In this document: in pieces, positions 37,555 through 47,558 of the stretch
How positions within the stretch are numbered: the stretch's first letter is position 1
Layout: the number at the start of each line of letters is the position of its first letter
Source: Nitrospirota bacterium
GTDB taxonomy: Bacteria > Nitrospirota > Thermodesulfovibrionia > Thermodesulfovibrionales > JdFR-86
Direction of reading: 5' to 3'
DNA length: 64,000 bases
NCBI GenBank assembly: GCA_963721805.1
Contig: CAVRJY010000004.1
Coordinates: forward strand, 224,001-288,000
Position numbers and translations under genes: made by a program
Notes under the pieces: model-generated
The model's input: the letters and a program-made list of their open reading frames with translations, nothing else
What the model was told of the DNA's origin: nothing
The model's database searches: none

Positions 37555-38796
37555 CTATGCCTTGAGCGTCCGGCCTACAGCGCCCTTGATCGTCTTTATG
37601 TCGAAGAGCCCGCGGATAGAGGCCGCGCGCTCCCTGATGCCGTCGATGAAGCCGTCGTAAGAGTTCCGCTCGGTGCGCATCCCGTGCAGGACCAGCCCGA
37701 CCGCGGTCGAATAAAGCGGCGTCCTGGCCTCGTCCCCAAGCGAGAGCGAGAGGGCCTCGTACGGCGCGCCGCAGCGCACCGGCACACCGAAGACGAGCTC
37801 CGCAATGCGGTCCGCGCCGCGGAGCATCGAACCCCCGCCGGTGAGCACGACGCACGAGGGGCGGTCGCGGAGCATCTCGCCCTGCACCTCGCCAAGCAGC
37901 ATCCCCATGATCTCCTCGCAGCGCGGCCTGATGATCTCGGCGATCATCGAGGTGGCCATCGTGCGCCGCCTGCCGTCCATGCCTGTCACCTCCACGTGCT
38001 CCGGAAGGCCCGGCTCGAACAGCGCATACCCGCAGAGCTTCTTGATCCGGTCGGCCTCCTTGTGCGCTATGCGCAGGCCGATCGCTATGTCGTTGGTCAC
38101 GTTGTTGCCGCCGGCCGGCACGACCGAGGCGTGGCGCAGCATGCCGTCTTTATATAGCGCGAGGTCCGTCGTGCCGCCGCCCATATCGACTATCAGCACG
38201 CCCTCGCTCATCTCTTCCTCGGTGACCACCGCGCGCGCCGAGGCTATCGGCTCGAGCACGGTGTCCATAACTTGCAGCCCCGCCCGCTCGCAGCAGCGGA
38301 CGAGGTTTTCGACCGCCGAGTGCGCGGCCGTGATCACGCGGACATTTGCTTCAAGTTTGACGCCGGACATCCCAAGCGGCTGCACTATGCCGTCCTGGCC
38401 GTCGACTATGAAGTCAGACGGCAGCACGTGCAGGACGTCGCGGTCCAGCGGCACGTAGACCGACGATGCGGACTCTATCACCCGGTCGAGGTCGCGCGTC
38501 GAGATCTCGCGGCCCTTTATCCCGGTCGCCCCGAAGCTCTTCCTGCACTCGACATGGCCCCCGGCCACACCTATGTGCACGGTCTTGATCTCGACGCCGG
38601 AGCGCTCGGACGCGATTCGCACGGCCTCGGCCACGCACCCGGTCGCCGCGTCCATGTCCACGACCACGGCCTTCTTGATCCCCTGCGAGGGGGCCATCCC
38701 GACGCCTATGATCTCGGCGCGTTTGCCTCTGAGCGAGGCCACGACCGCGCATATCTTCGTGGTGCCTATGTCAAGCCCCGCTATATACCGGGTCAT
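37555..38796 (-). CDS. ftsA: Cell division protein FtsA
   Basis: GLDIGTTKI, P.GMSG.KLE, DMGGGTTD, LTGGGS; position in the dcw cluster. Confidence 0.96.
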   Translation of the reverse strand: MTRYIAGLDIGTTKICAVVASLRGKRAEIIGVGMAPSQGIKKAVVVDMDAATGCVAEAVRIASERSGVEIKTVHIGVAGGHVECRKSFGATGIKGREISTRDLDRVIESASSVYVPLDRDVLHVLPSDFIVDGQDGIVQPLGMSGVKLEANVRVITAAHSAVENLVRCCERAGLQVMDTVLEPIASARAVVTEEEMSEGVLIVDMGGGTTDLALYKDGMLRHASVVPAGGNNVTNDIAIGLRIAHKEADRIKKLCGYALFEPGLPEHVEVTGMDGRRRTMATSMIAEIIRPRCEEIMGMLLGEVQGEMLRDRPSCVVLTGGGSMLRGADRIAELVFGVPVRCGAPYEALSLSLGDEARTPLYSTAVGLVLHGMRTERNSYDGFIDGIRERAASIRGLFDIKTIKGAVGRTLKA

Positions 38797-39680
38797 ATCT
38801 TCCTCACCCTGGAGGGCCGGGCCTTCGTGGCCTTGTCCTTGGAGGATTTCCCCTTCGGGGATTTCTCGTTTGAGGGGTTCTCCCCGGGGTTCTTCTCCAC
38901 AGTTGCGTCTCCGGTCGCGTCGGCCGTGGCTATGTGCCGGACCACCACGCGGCCCTCGAACCTAAGGTCTACGTACTCAACAGCGATATCGAGCTTCGCG
39001 ATCTGGTCCTTGATCTCGTCGAACGCGGCGAGTTTTTCCTTAAAACGGTCCTCGCCGATCTTTATGTTGAGCCCGTTTAGGGTTATCGTAAGTTCGTGCG
39101 CCCCGTGCTCCATCCCGCTGATCTCGACCCCTCCGGTGTCCTTGCCCATGCCCATGTCGCGAAGCACGCCGGCAAGCTCCACGGCCTTGAGGTATGCCGC
39201 GGGGTTCGCGCCCCTGTCGCCGGTGATCACCGGCAGGAACACGGTCGGCCTGCCCGAGAGGCTCTGGAGCACCTTGCCATCGGCGTCAACAATGTAGGAG
39301 TTCCCCCGGTCCTGGAGCACGGCCTGCGGCGCGGACTCCTCGATCAGGAATATCATCCTGTGCGGGAACTCCTTGCGCACCCTGACCGAGCGGATCCATG
39401 GGGAGCTGCTCAGGCAGCCGGCGAGACTGGCAGAGGAGGTCCTGAAGATGTTCTCCCCGCCGTTTACGTCCATGAGCCTCATGAGTTCGGCATCCGAGAG
39501 ATAGCGGTTGCCGCGAAACTCGTAATCGCGTATCGAAAACAGGCTGCTCGTAAGCGCAAACCAGAGCACCCCGCCCGCAACAAGCGTGACGCCGGACGCA
39601 ACAGCGAGCCTGACCCACCAAGGCGTGCGCCTCGCGTTTTCGTTGGCCTTCGGGGCCTTCTTCGGTGCGCTCTTTCTCAA
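38793..39680 (-). CDS. ftsQ: Cell division protein FtsQ/DivIB
   Basis: Single TM, POTRA (PWIRSVRVRKEFP), YVDLRF; between ddl and ftsA. Confidence 0.9.
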   Translation of the reverse strand: MRKSAPKKAPKANENARRTPWWVRLAVASGVTLVAGGVLWFALTSSLFSIRDYEFRGNRYLSDAELMRLMDVNGGENIFRTSSASLAGCLSSSPWIRSVRVRKEFPHRMIFLIEESAPQAVLQDRGNSYIVDADGKVLQSLSGRPTVFLPVITGDRGANPAAYLKAVELAGVLRDMGMGKDTGGVEISGMEHGAHELTITLNGLNIKIGEDRFKEKLAAFDEIKDQIAKLDIAVEYVDLRFEGRVVVRHIATADATGDATVEKNPGENPSNEKSPKGKSSKDKATKARPSRVRKI

Positions 39681-40570
39681 CTTCGCAGCGCCTCTTTCAG
39701 GATCTCGTTAATCAGGGCCGGGAAGTCCAGCCCGGCCGATGCGGCTATCTTGGGCAGCAGGCTCGTCTCGGTCATGCCGGGTATCGTATTGACCTCAAGG
39801 ACGTACGGCGTGCCCGCCTTGTCTATTATCAGGTCCACGCGCGTGGCCCCCCGGCAGCCGAGCGCCTCGTGCGCGCCGAGCGCGGCGAGCTTCGCGGCCT
39901 CGTATGCCGCCGCGTCTATCGCGGGCGGGATTATGTAGTCCGTCCGGCCAGCGGTATATTTGTTTTCATAGCTGTAGAACCCCGAATGGGGCCTGACCTC
40001 GACCCCGCCAAGAGGCCGGCCGCCCATTATCGCTATCTGCACCTCGGCCCCGGCTATGTAGTCCTCGACCACAGCGCGGCCGTCAAACTCCGCCGCGGCC
40101 GCAAGCGCGGCCTTAAGCTCGTCCGGGCCGCTTACGATGAATACGCCGACGCTCGAGCCCTCGCGGCTCGGCTTCACGACGAGCGGGAAGCGCTCAGAGG
40201 CGTATGGCTCGCCCTTTGATACGACCGCGTAGCCAGGCACGTTGAGGCCGGCAGCGCGGAACATCACCTTCGATGCGGGCTTGTCCATCGCGAGCGCCGA
40301 GGCCAGCACGCCCGAGCCTGTATAGGGAATGCCCAGCACGTCGAGCAGGCCCTGTATGGAGCCGTCCTCGCCGACCCCGCCATGAAGCGCGATGAACGCG
40401 GCATCAATGGCCTCGGCCTTAAGCCGCGCGCATACGTCAGGGCCGGCGTCTATGTCGATGACCGTATAGCCGAGCCCCCGGAGCGCCTTCGAGACGGCCT
40501 GTCCGCTTTTAAGCGAGACCTCGCGCTCTGACGATGTGCCTCCCATCAGGACCCCGATGCGCCTCACCAT
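39677..40570 (-). CDS. ddl: D-alanine--D-alanine ligase
   Basis: GGTSSEREVSLKSG, LHGGVGEDG, VKPSREGSS, EVNTIPGMT. Confidence 0.96.
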   Translation of the reverse strand: MVRRIGVLMGGTSSEREVSLKSGQAVSKALRGLGYTVIDIDAGPDVCARLKAEAIDAAFIALHGGVGEDGSIQGLLDVLGIPYTGSGVLASALAMDKPASKVMFRAAGLNVPGYAVVSKGEPYASERFPLVVKPSREGSSVGVFIVSGPDELKAALAAAAEFDGRAVVEDYIAGAEVQIAIMGGRPLGGVEVRPHSGFYSYENKYTAGRTDYIIPPAIDAAAYEAAKLAALGAHEALGCRGATRVDLIIDKAGTPYVLEVNTIPGMTETSLLPKIAASAGLDFPALINEILKEALRS

Positions 40571-41481
40571 CTTCCGACCATCCTTATCTCGGGCTCAAGC
40601 TCCACGCCCGCTGCCTCGGCCGCGCGCTGTGCGACCAGGTCCATCAGCCGCCGGAAGTCCGACGCTGTGCCCCGGCCCCTGTTTATGAAAAAATTCGCAT
40701 GAAGCGTGCTCACCTCTATATCGCCGACCCTCGCCCCCTTAAACCCGAGCGTGTCTATGACCTGCCCGGCGCTGAGGTCCGGGGGGTTTTTAAAGACGCA
40801 ACCCGCGGAACGCTCCCCAACCGGCTGCGTGAGTTTCTTTCTCGATAAATACCCGGCCATCCGCTCGCGGATCGCGGCCGGCGCGTCCGTCTTTAGCCTG
40901 AGCCTGGCGCCGAGCACCACAGAGCCCTGCGGGATCAGCGCCCGCCGGTACTCGAAGCGTATCTCGTCGAGCCCGGCCTCTCTTACGCTGCCATCGCGGT
41001 GGAAGATCGTCACGTTCGCGATGAAGTCCTTGATCTCGGCCCCGAACGAACCGGCATTGCCCGCTATCGCGCCGCCGAGCAGCCCGGGTATCCCGGCAAG
41101 CCCCTCGAGCCCGGCAAGGCCCGCACCGGCGGTGTAATTCAGCAGCCTCTGAAGCGGGACCCCTGCACCGGCATGCACCACGGCCGCATCCTCGTCGCGG
41201 GAGATGATTTCCACGCTATCGTTAAATCCCATCGCCAATACCACGCCCTCGATGCCCAGGTCGCTTACAAGGACGTTCGAGCCCCCGCCAAGCGGCGTGA
41301 CCTGCACACCATGGTGGGCCGCGAGCCTCATCAACTCAAGCAGCGCATCGGCGCTGTGCGGCGCGATAAACAGATCGGCCGGGCCTCCGATGCCGAGCGT
41401 CGTATGGCCGGACATCGGCTCCCCTGGCAGCGATGTCGCCTCCAGCGCGCCGAATACCTCTATCAGAGATGCGTCAGCCAT
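40564..41481 (-). CDS. murB: UDP-N-acetylmuramate dehydrogenase
   Basis: HTTLGIGGPA, GGGSNVL, GIPG..GG..GNAG, SAGCVFKNP, HANF, LEPE. Confidence 0.95.
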   Translation of the reverse strand: MADASLIEVFGALEATSLPGEPMSGHTTLGIGGPADLFIAPHSADALLELMRLAAHHGVQVTPLGGGSNVLVSDLGIEGVVLAMGFNDSVEIISRDEDAAVVHAGAGVPLQRLLNYTAGAGLAGLEGLAGIPGLLGGAIAGNAGSFGAEIKDFIANVTIFHRDGSVREAGLDEIRFEYRRALIPQGSVVLGARLRLKTDAPAAIRERMAGYLSRKKLTQPVGERSAGCVFKNPPDLSAGQVIDTLGFKGARVGDIEVSTLHANFFINRGRGTASDFRRLMDLVAQRAAEAAGVELEPEIRMVGRW

Positions 41482-42847
41482 CGCCGAGCTCACGAAGGAG
41501 TTCCTCGCCCGCTGTGTATATGTTCCCGGCCCCGAGCGTCAGCACCACGTCGCCGGACTTCACTATGCCCAGCGCGATGCGCGCTGCCTCGTGCGGGTCC
41601 TTTGCATGATATGTCCCGGCGCCGGACTTGATCTTCCTGATAAGCGCCTCGGCCGTGACGCCCTCTATCGGGCGCTCGCCGGCCGGGTATATGTCGGTGC
41701 ATATGAGCACGTCGGCCGCGCCCTCGAACGCCGAGGCGAACTCGTCCATCAAATCGCGTGTGCGCGTGTAGCGGTGGGGCTGGAATATCACGACCAGCCT
41801 GCGATGGCCGAGCGCGTCCTTGGCCGCCCCGAGCGTGGCCCTGATCTCTGTGGGGTGGTGGCCGTAATCGTCATATACCATGATGCCTTTGGCCTCGCCC
41901 TTGAACTCGAAACGCCGCTGTATGCCCTCAAACCCGGCAAGCGCCTCTTTGATGCGCTCGGCGGGGATTTGAAGCTCGAGCGCGACCGCTATCCCGGCCA
42001 GCGCGTTACGGACGTTGTGCTCCCCGCTGGCAGGGATGCGGAACATACCGAGCTTAACTCCCTTGAACTCGACATCGAAATCCACGCACATAAAACCCTT
42101 CTTCAGGCTGGAGGCGCGGAGGTCCGCGTCGGCCGAGAGCCCGTACGTCAATACCTTGCGGTGCACCATAGGCAGGAGCTCGCGGACGTTCGGGTCGTCT
42201 ATGCAGAGCACCGATACGCCATAGAACGGGACCTTGTTCATGAACTCCAGAAACGCGGCCTTGAGCGCCTCCATCGTCTTGAAGTGCTCCATGTGCTCGC
42301 GGTCTATGTTGGTGACCACGCCTATCGTCGGGCTCAATTTCAGAAAAGACCCGTCCGACTCGTCAGCCTCCGCGACCATAAACTCGCCGCGGCCCAGGCG
42401 CGCGTTCGTGCCGAAGGCCTTCAGCCTCCCGCCTATCACGACAGTGGGATCAAAACCCGCCTTGGCAAGTATCGTTGCGACTATCGAAGTCGTGGTGGTC
42501 TTGCCGTGCGCGCCGGCCACGAGCACCGCGTATTTGAGCCTTCCGAGTTCAGCGAGCATCTCGGCGCGCGGGATGACCGGGATCTGCTGCCTGGTGGCCT
42601 CGACGACTTCCGGGTTGTCCTGCTTCACGGCCGATGAGATCACGACCACGTGCGCGCCGTTTACGTTCTCGGCGCGGTGGCCCTCGTATACCTTTACGCC
42701 GAGGCCGATCAGGCGCTCGGCGCTCTCGCCTATCTTCAGGTCCGATCCCGTGACCTCGTAGCCGAGGTTATATAGCACCTCGGCGATGCCGCTCATCCCG
42801 ATGCCGCCGATGCCTACGAAGTGTATGACCCTGTAGCGCTCAAACAT
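41474..42847 (-). CDS. murC: UDP-N-acetylmuramate--L-alanine ligase
   Basis: FVGIGGIGMSG, GAHGKTTTT, EADESDG, DDYGHHPTE, FQPHRYTRT. Confidence 0.97.
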   Translation of the reverse strand: MFERYRVIHFVGIGGIGMSGIAEVLYNLGYEVTGSDLKIGESAERLIGLGVKVYEGHRAENVNGAHVVVISSAVKQDNPEVVEATRQQIPVIPRAEMLAELGRLKYAVLVAGAHGKTTTTSIVATILAKAGFDPTVVIGGRLKAFGTNARLGRGEFMVAEADESDGSFLKLSPTIGVVTNIDREHMEHFKTMEALKAAFLEFMNKVPFYGVSVLCIDDPNVRELLPMVHRKVLTYGLSADADLRASSLKKGFMCVDFDVEFKGVKLGMFRIPASGEHNVRNALAGIAVALELQIPAERIKEALAGFEGIQRRFEFKGEAKGIMVYDDYGHHPTEIRATLGAAKDALGHRRLVVIFQPHRYTRTRDLMDEFASAFEGAADVLICTDIYPAGERPIEGVTAEALIRKIKSGAGTYHAKDPHEAARIALGIVKSGDVVLTLGAGNIYTAGEELLRELGDG

Positions 42848-43946
42848 TGCCGTGCCTCCCGCGGACTAAGGCCACGGCCATGTCGACTACGCGCGCGGCG
42901 GCATCCGGCCGGCCGAGGCTCTTCGCGTTTCGGACCATCTCGGCTCTCGCCTCCTCGCTCGATGCGATCTCGCGTATCACGGCCCCGAGCGACGGGCCGT
43001 CGAGGCGGGAGTCCCATATCACGCGGCAGGCCTCGGCCTCGAGGAGCTTTTTGGCGTTTAGCTCCTGATGCCCGCTCGCGTGCGGGTATGGCACGAGCAC
43101 CGAGGGCTTCCCGAGCGCGGTGAGCTCGGCGAGCGTCGAGGCCCCGGCGCGCGCCACCACGAGGTCGGCCACGGCGTATGCCTCGGCCATTTTATATATG
43201 AAGGGGGCGACCATCGCCTTAAACCCGAACTGCCTGTATGCGGAGCGGACCATGTTGTAGTCAGCCTCCCCGCTTTGGTGCAGAAACTGTATGTCGTCTT
43301 TGAGGTCCGCAAGCGTCCCGAGCGCCCCGGCTATCGCGGCGTTGATGCTGCGCGCCCCGAGGCTCCCGCCCATGATGAACACCGTAAAGCGGCCCTCGGC
43401 GAGCTCGAACAGCCTGAGGGCGGCATCGCGCCTTCCCTTGAGTATCGCCTGTCTGACCGGGTTGCCGGTCAGCCGCGTCCTGTCGCGCCTGAAGAACCCG
43501 GCGCTGTCGTGGTACGTGATAGCGACCCCTGAGGCCAGCCGCCCGAGGAACCTGTTGGCCAATCCGGGCATCAGGTTTTGCTCCATTATCAGTGTCGGGA
43601 TCGCCATGCTCCATGCGGCCACGACCGGAGGGACCGAGACATAACCGCCAGTACCCAGCACGATATCGGGTCTGACGTTGCGGAGTATTTCCCTCGCGCC
43701 GAAGACCGAGAGCCCGACGCCCAACATGGCCGAGAGCTTCCCGGCCAGCGAGCGGCCGAGCACGCCCTCGGCGCGGATGAACTGTATCGGGAAGCCCTCG
43801 CGCGGGATAACGCGCGCCTCGATCCCCCGCTCGGTGCCGATGAACATGACCTCGCCCTCGGGGTCGCGCCGCTTGAGCTCCTCGGCAACCGCGAGGCCGG
43901 GGAATATATGGCCGCCGGTGCCTCCACCGGCGATCACCATCCTCAT
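42840..43946 (-). CDS. murG: Lipid I GlcNAc transferase MurG
   Basis: GGGTGGHIFP, GGYVS, EQN, GNPVR, GGSLGA, HQELNA. Confidence 0.97.
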   Translation of the reverse strand: MRMVIAGGGTGGHIFPGLAVAEELKRRDPEGEVMFIGTERGIEARVIPREGFPIQFIRAEGVLGRSLAGKLSAMLGVGLSVFGAREILRNVRPDIVLGTGGYVSVPPVVAAWSMAIPTLIMEQNLMPGLANRFLGRLASGVAITYHDSAGFFRRDRTRLTGNPVRQAILKGRRDAALRLFELAEGRFTVFIMGGSLGARSINAAIAGALGTLADLKDDIQFLHQSGEADYNMVRSAYRQFGFKAMVAPFIYKMAEAYAVADLVVARAGASTLAELTALGKPSVLVPYPHASGHQELNAKKLLEAEACRVIWDSRLDGPSLGAVIREIASSEEARAEMVRNAKSLGRPDAAARVVDMAVALVRGRHGNV

Positions 43947-45127
43947 GGCGCCTCCCTGTATATCGAACGCCGGGCCTTCTTGCGCCGAAGCGCCATCACC
44001 GCGTCCGTCGAAGGGTCCTGTCCGAAAGGCATGTGCCTCGGCCTCGAGAGGTTCAGCAGGATGCCTACCGCCGCCATGTTGACGAGCAGCGACGAGCCGC
44101 CGTAGCTCAAAAATGGAAGCGGGAGCCCCTTGGTAGGGAGCATCCCGGTAACGACGCAGAAGTTTAGCATCGCCTGAAGCCCGACCATGATCGAGATGCC
44201 GAATGCCAGGTAGTGGCTGAATTTCTCCTCATTGCGCTGCGCCACGCGTATGCCCCTGATAAACAGGAACGCGAACAGGCCTACAACGATCACCGCGATC
44301 ACAAAACCGAGTTCCTCGCCCACGACCGAGAAGATGAAGTCCGTGTGCGCCTCGGGCAGGAAATCGAGCTTCTGGCGGCTCTTGCCCAGACCCACCCCGG
44401 CGAGCCCGCCGCTTCCAAGCGCGATGAAAGACTGCACTAACTGGAAGCCGCTCCCCGAGGCCTGCTCCCACGGGTTTAAAAACGTGGTCATGCGCTTGAG
44501 CCTGTAGGGCTCCATCGCGAGGTAGACGACCGCCGGGATAGCTAGCGTCATCAGGTATCCTATGTAGCGGAGCCTCACCCCGGCCAGAAACAGCATCGCT
44601 ATCGTGATGAAACCGAGGCTCATCGTCGCGCCGAAGTCCGGCTGTCTTATGCACACCGCCTGAAACAGGGCCATCACGCCTATAGGCACCAGGAAGCTCT
44701 TTAAGCTCTCCGGGTTGAACTTCGGCGACGAGAGGTACTTGGCAAGGAATATCACCATCGCGAGCTTTGCGAACTCCGAGGGCTGAAAGGTCGTCACGCG
44801 CAGGTTCAGCCACCGCCGCGCACCGTTCGCCTTCACCCCGATGCCGGGCACGAAGACCAGCGCGAGCAGGATGAACGCCACGACCATCAGCGCTGTGGAG
44901 TTCTTCCGGAACCACTCGGGCTCGACCCTGTAGAGCCCCATCATTATAAGCGCGCCCATAGCCATCGTGATCAGGTGCTTTTTGAAGTAGTAAAACTCGG
45001 TGATGTTCCTCTTTTGGAAGACCGGGGTCACGACCGAGGTCGAACTCAGGACCATGAGCGTGCCGAAGCCGATGAGGATCAGCGTCACGATCAGCAGCCA
45101 CCTGTCATACCTGTTTATCTGGATCAC
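43943..45127 (-). CDS. ftsW: SEDS peptidoglycan polymerase FtsW
   Basis: NGARRW, QPSEFAK, QPDFG, LPEAHTDFIF, PTKGLPLPFLSYGGSS. GTG overlaps the murD stop. Confidence 0.96.
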   Translation of the reverse strand: MIQINRYDRWLLIVTLILIGFGTLMVLSSTSVVTPVFQKRNITEFYYFKKHLITMAMGALIMMGLYRVEPEWFRKNSTALMVVAFILLALVFVPGIGVKANGARRWLNLRVTTFQPSEFAKLAMVIFLAKYLSSPKFNPESLKSFLVPIGVMALFQAVCIRQPDFGATMSLGFITIAMLFLAGVRLRYIGYLMTLAIPAVVYLAMEPYRLKRMTTFLNPWEQASGSGFQLVQSFIALGSGGLAGVGLGKSRQKLDFLPEAHTDFIFSVVGEELGFVIAVIVVGLFAFLFIRGIRVAQRNEEKFSHYLAFGISIMVGLQAMLNFCVVTGMLPTKGLPLPFLSYGGSSLLVNMAAVGILLNLSRPRHMPFGQDPSTDAVMALRRKKARRSIYREAP

Positions 45128-46474
45128 AGCGCACCCACTATCCGCTTGAACTGCCGCCCACGGTCCTCGAAGTCCCGGAACATGTCGAAGCTCGCGCACG
45201 CGGGCGAGAGGAGCACCACGTCGCCGGGGCTGGCCATCGAGCGGGCCAAGGCTACCGCCTCATCGAGCGCCCCTGCATCGACGCACTTCGTCTTGCCCTC
45301 AAACGCGCGCCGGAGCTTCCCCTTCGCCTCGCCGATCAGTATGATCGCTTTTAATCTCTTGCCCACTGAACGGGCGAACGCATCGAAGTCACCTGCCTTG
45401 TCGCGGCCCCCGGCAATCAAGATCACCGGCTCCTTAAAGCCCTCGACGGACTTGATCGCGGCATCGACGTTAGTGCCCTTTGAGTCGTTTATATACCGGA
45501 CGCCGCCTACCTCGCGCACGAACTCCATGCGGTGCTCAAGGCCGGCAAAGGTGCGGAGCACCGAGGCTATCGCGTCGGGCTTCACCCCTGCCGCGCACGC
45601 CATAGCAGAGGCTGCCATCGCGTTTTCCAGATTGTGGACGCCGGGGATCGCGATCTCGGAGGTATCGATCACGAGTCCCCGGCCGTCCATATCGAATGAC
45701 ACCGAGTCGCGCTCGGCAAACACGCCCTTGACAGCCCCCCTGCGGCTGAAGAAAAAGACCTTGCCGCGCATTGAAGCCTTGCGGGCGTCGTATAGCGCCA
45801 TCGACAGCGGGTCGTCCGCGTTTAGTACCGCGAAGTCCTCTGCCGTCTGATTCATAAACACGTTGAACTTCGTAGCACCGTAGGATTCGATAGATCCGTA
45901 GCGGTCGAGATGGTCGGGCGTCACGTTTAAAAGCGCGGCCCCATGCGCGCGGAACTTAGAGATGGCCTCGAGCTGGAAGCTCGAGACCTCGACGACCACG
46001 CATTGCGGTCTCGCATCCTCCCCGATCCTCACTATCTCCTCAGAGAGGGCGTTTCCGATATTCCCGGCGATCAGGCTGCGCATCCCGGCGGCTTCGAGCA
46101 TCAGGTGCAGGAGCGTAGTCGTAGTGGACTTCCCGTTCGTCCCGGCGACGGCGTAATAAGGCACCTCGGGCATCGCGCGGTATGCGAGTTCTAGCTCGCC
46201 TATGACCTCGACGCCCGCGTCGATAGCGGCCTGCACCGCAGAGAGCGAGACCGGCACTCCGGGGCTCAGCACCACGAGGTCAGCGCCGGTGAATGCCTCC
46301 ACCGGGTGCCTGCCAAGTATGAGCCCGACCCCTTCGGGGAGCTCCGCGAGCCTTGTCCCGAGCGCCTCTTCGGTCCTCATGTCCGTTACCGTAACCTCCA
46401 TGCCGATCTTCCTCAATAACTTCGCGGCCCCTACTGCCGCTCCTTGCGAGCCCCACGACCAGCGCGCCCGGCAT
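45124..46474 (-). CDS. murD: UDP-MurNAc-L-Ala--D-Glu ligase, with one extra base near 46435
   Basis: N-terminus MPGALVVGLARSG in one frame continues as VGAAKLLRKIG in another; SPGVP, GTNGKSTT, EVSSFQL, NDSKGTN, SPACASFD. Confidence 0.93.
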
Positions 46475-46475
46475 A

Positions 46476-47558
46476 TCAGCGCACCTTGAGCGTGGCGAGG
46501 CTCAGGAGCGCCAGCAGTATGCCCACGACCCAGAACCTCACTACGACCTTGTTTTCGGGCCAGCCCAAGAGCTCGAAGTGATGGTGTATCGGGGCCATCC
46601 TGAATATCCGTTTGCCGGTGAGCTTAAACGACGCCACCTGAAGCACGACCGATAGCGTCTCTACAACGAATATCCCGCCCACGACCAGCAGGACGAGCTC
46701 GTGCTTGGTTATCACCGCGAGGGTGCCGAGCGCTCCGCCCAGCGAGAGCGAGCCCACGTCGCCCATGAATACCTCGGCCGGGTGGCAGTTAAACCACAGA
46801 AACCCGAGCGCCGCGCCGAACATCGCGCCGCATACCACGGTCAACTCTCCGGTGCCGATCAGGTATAGCACCTGCAGGTAGTCCGAGAGCCCCTTGTGGC
46901 CCGAGAGGTATACCAGCACCCCGTTTGCGAGCACGGCGACCGCGACTAGCCCTATTGCCAGCCCGTCGATGCCGTCGGTGAGGTTAACCGCGTTGGAGCT
47001 GCCGACGATCACGAAAATCGCAAACGGCAGGTAGAACCATCCTAGGTATATAAGCCAGTTTTTGAAAAATGGCACGCTCAGCATATCGACGTACTGGTCG
47101 TGCGGGTTCATATAAAGGAACAGGCCAATGCCGAGCGCGATCAATACCTGCCCCAGGAGCTTGGTGCGAGCGCTCAGGCCCCTGGAGTTGCGCTTGCTGA
47201 CCTTCAGGTAATCGTCCGCGAATCCGATAGCCCCGAACCCCAGCAGCGAGCCTAACATCACGAGGACATAGGCGTTAGAAAGGTCTCCCCACAAGAGCAC
47301 CGAGACCGTGATCGAGAGTATTATCATGATCCCGCCCATTGTAGGGGTGCCTTCCTTTGAGAGGTGGCGCTGCGGGCCGTCGTCGCGGATATGCTGCGTG
47401 AGGCTGAGGCTGCGGAGCCACTCGATGATAGCCGGGCCCCATATAAAACAGATCAGCACCGAGGTGAGCACCGCAAGCGCGGAGCGAAACGTGATGTATC
47501 GAAATACGTTAAAAGGCGAGTAAAAGGCGCTAAGGCTGAAGAGGAGTTTATAGAGCAT
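46476..47558 (-). CDS. mraY: Phospho-MurNAc-pentapeptide transferase
   Basis: KEGTPTMGG, DDYLK, NAVNLTDGIDGL, FMGDVGS, MAPIHHHFE. Confidence 0.98.
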   Translation of the reverse strand: MLYKLLFSLSAFYSPFNVFRYITFRSALAVLTSVLICFIWGPAIIEWLRSLSLTQHIRDDGPQRHLSKEGTPTMGGIMIILSITVSVLLWGDLSNAYVLVMLGSLLGFGAIGFADDYLKVSKRNSRGLSARTKLLGQVLIALGIGLFLYMNPHDQYVDMLSVPFFKNWLIYLGWFYLPFAIFVIVGSSNAVNLTDGIDGLAIGLVAVAVLANGVLVYLSGHKGLSDYLQVLYLIGTGELTVVCGAMFGAALGFLWFNCHPAEVFMGDVGSLSLGGALGTLAVITKHELVLLVVGGIFVVETLSVVLQVASFKLTGKRIFRMAPIHHHFELLGWPENKVVVRFWVVGILLALLSLATLKVR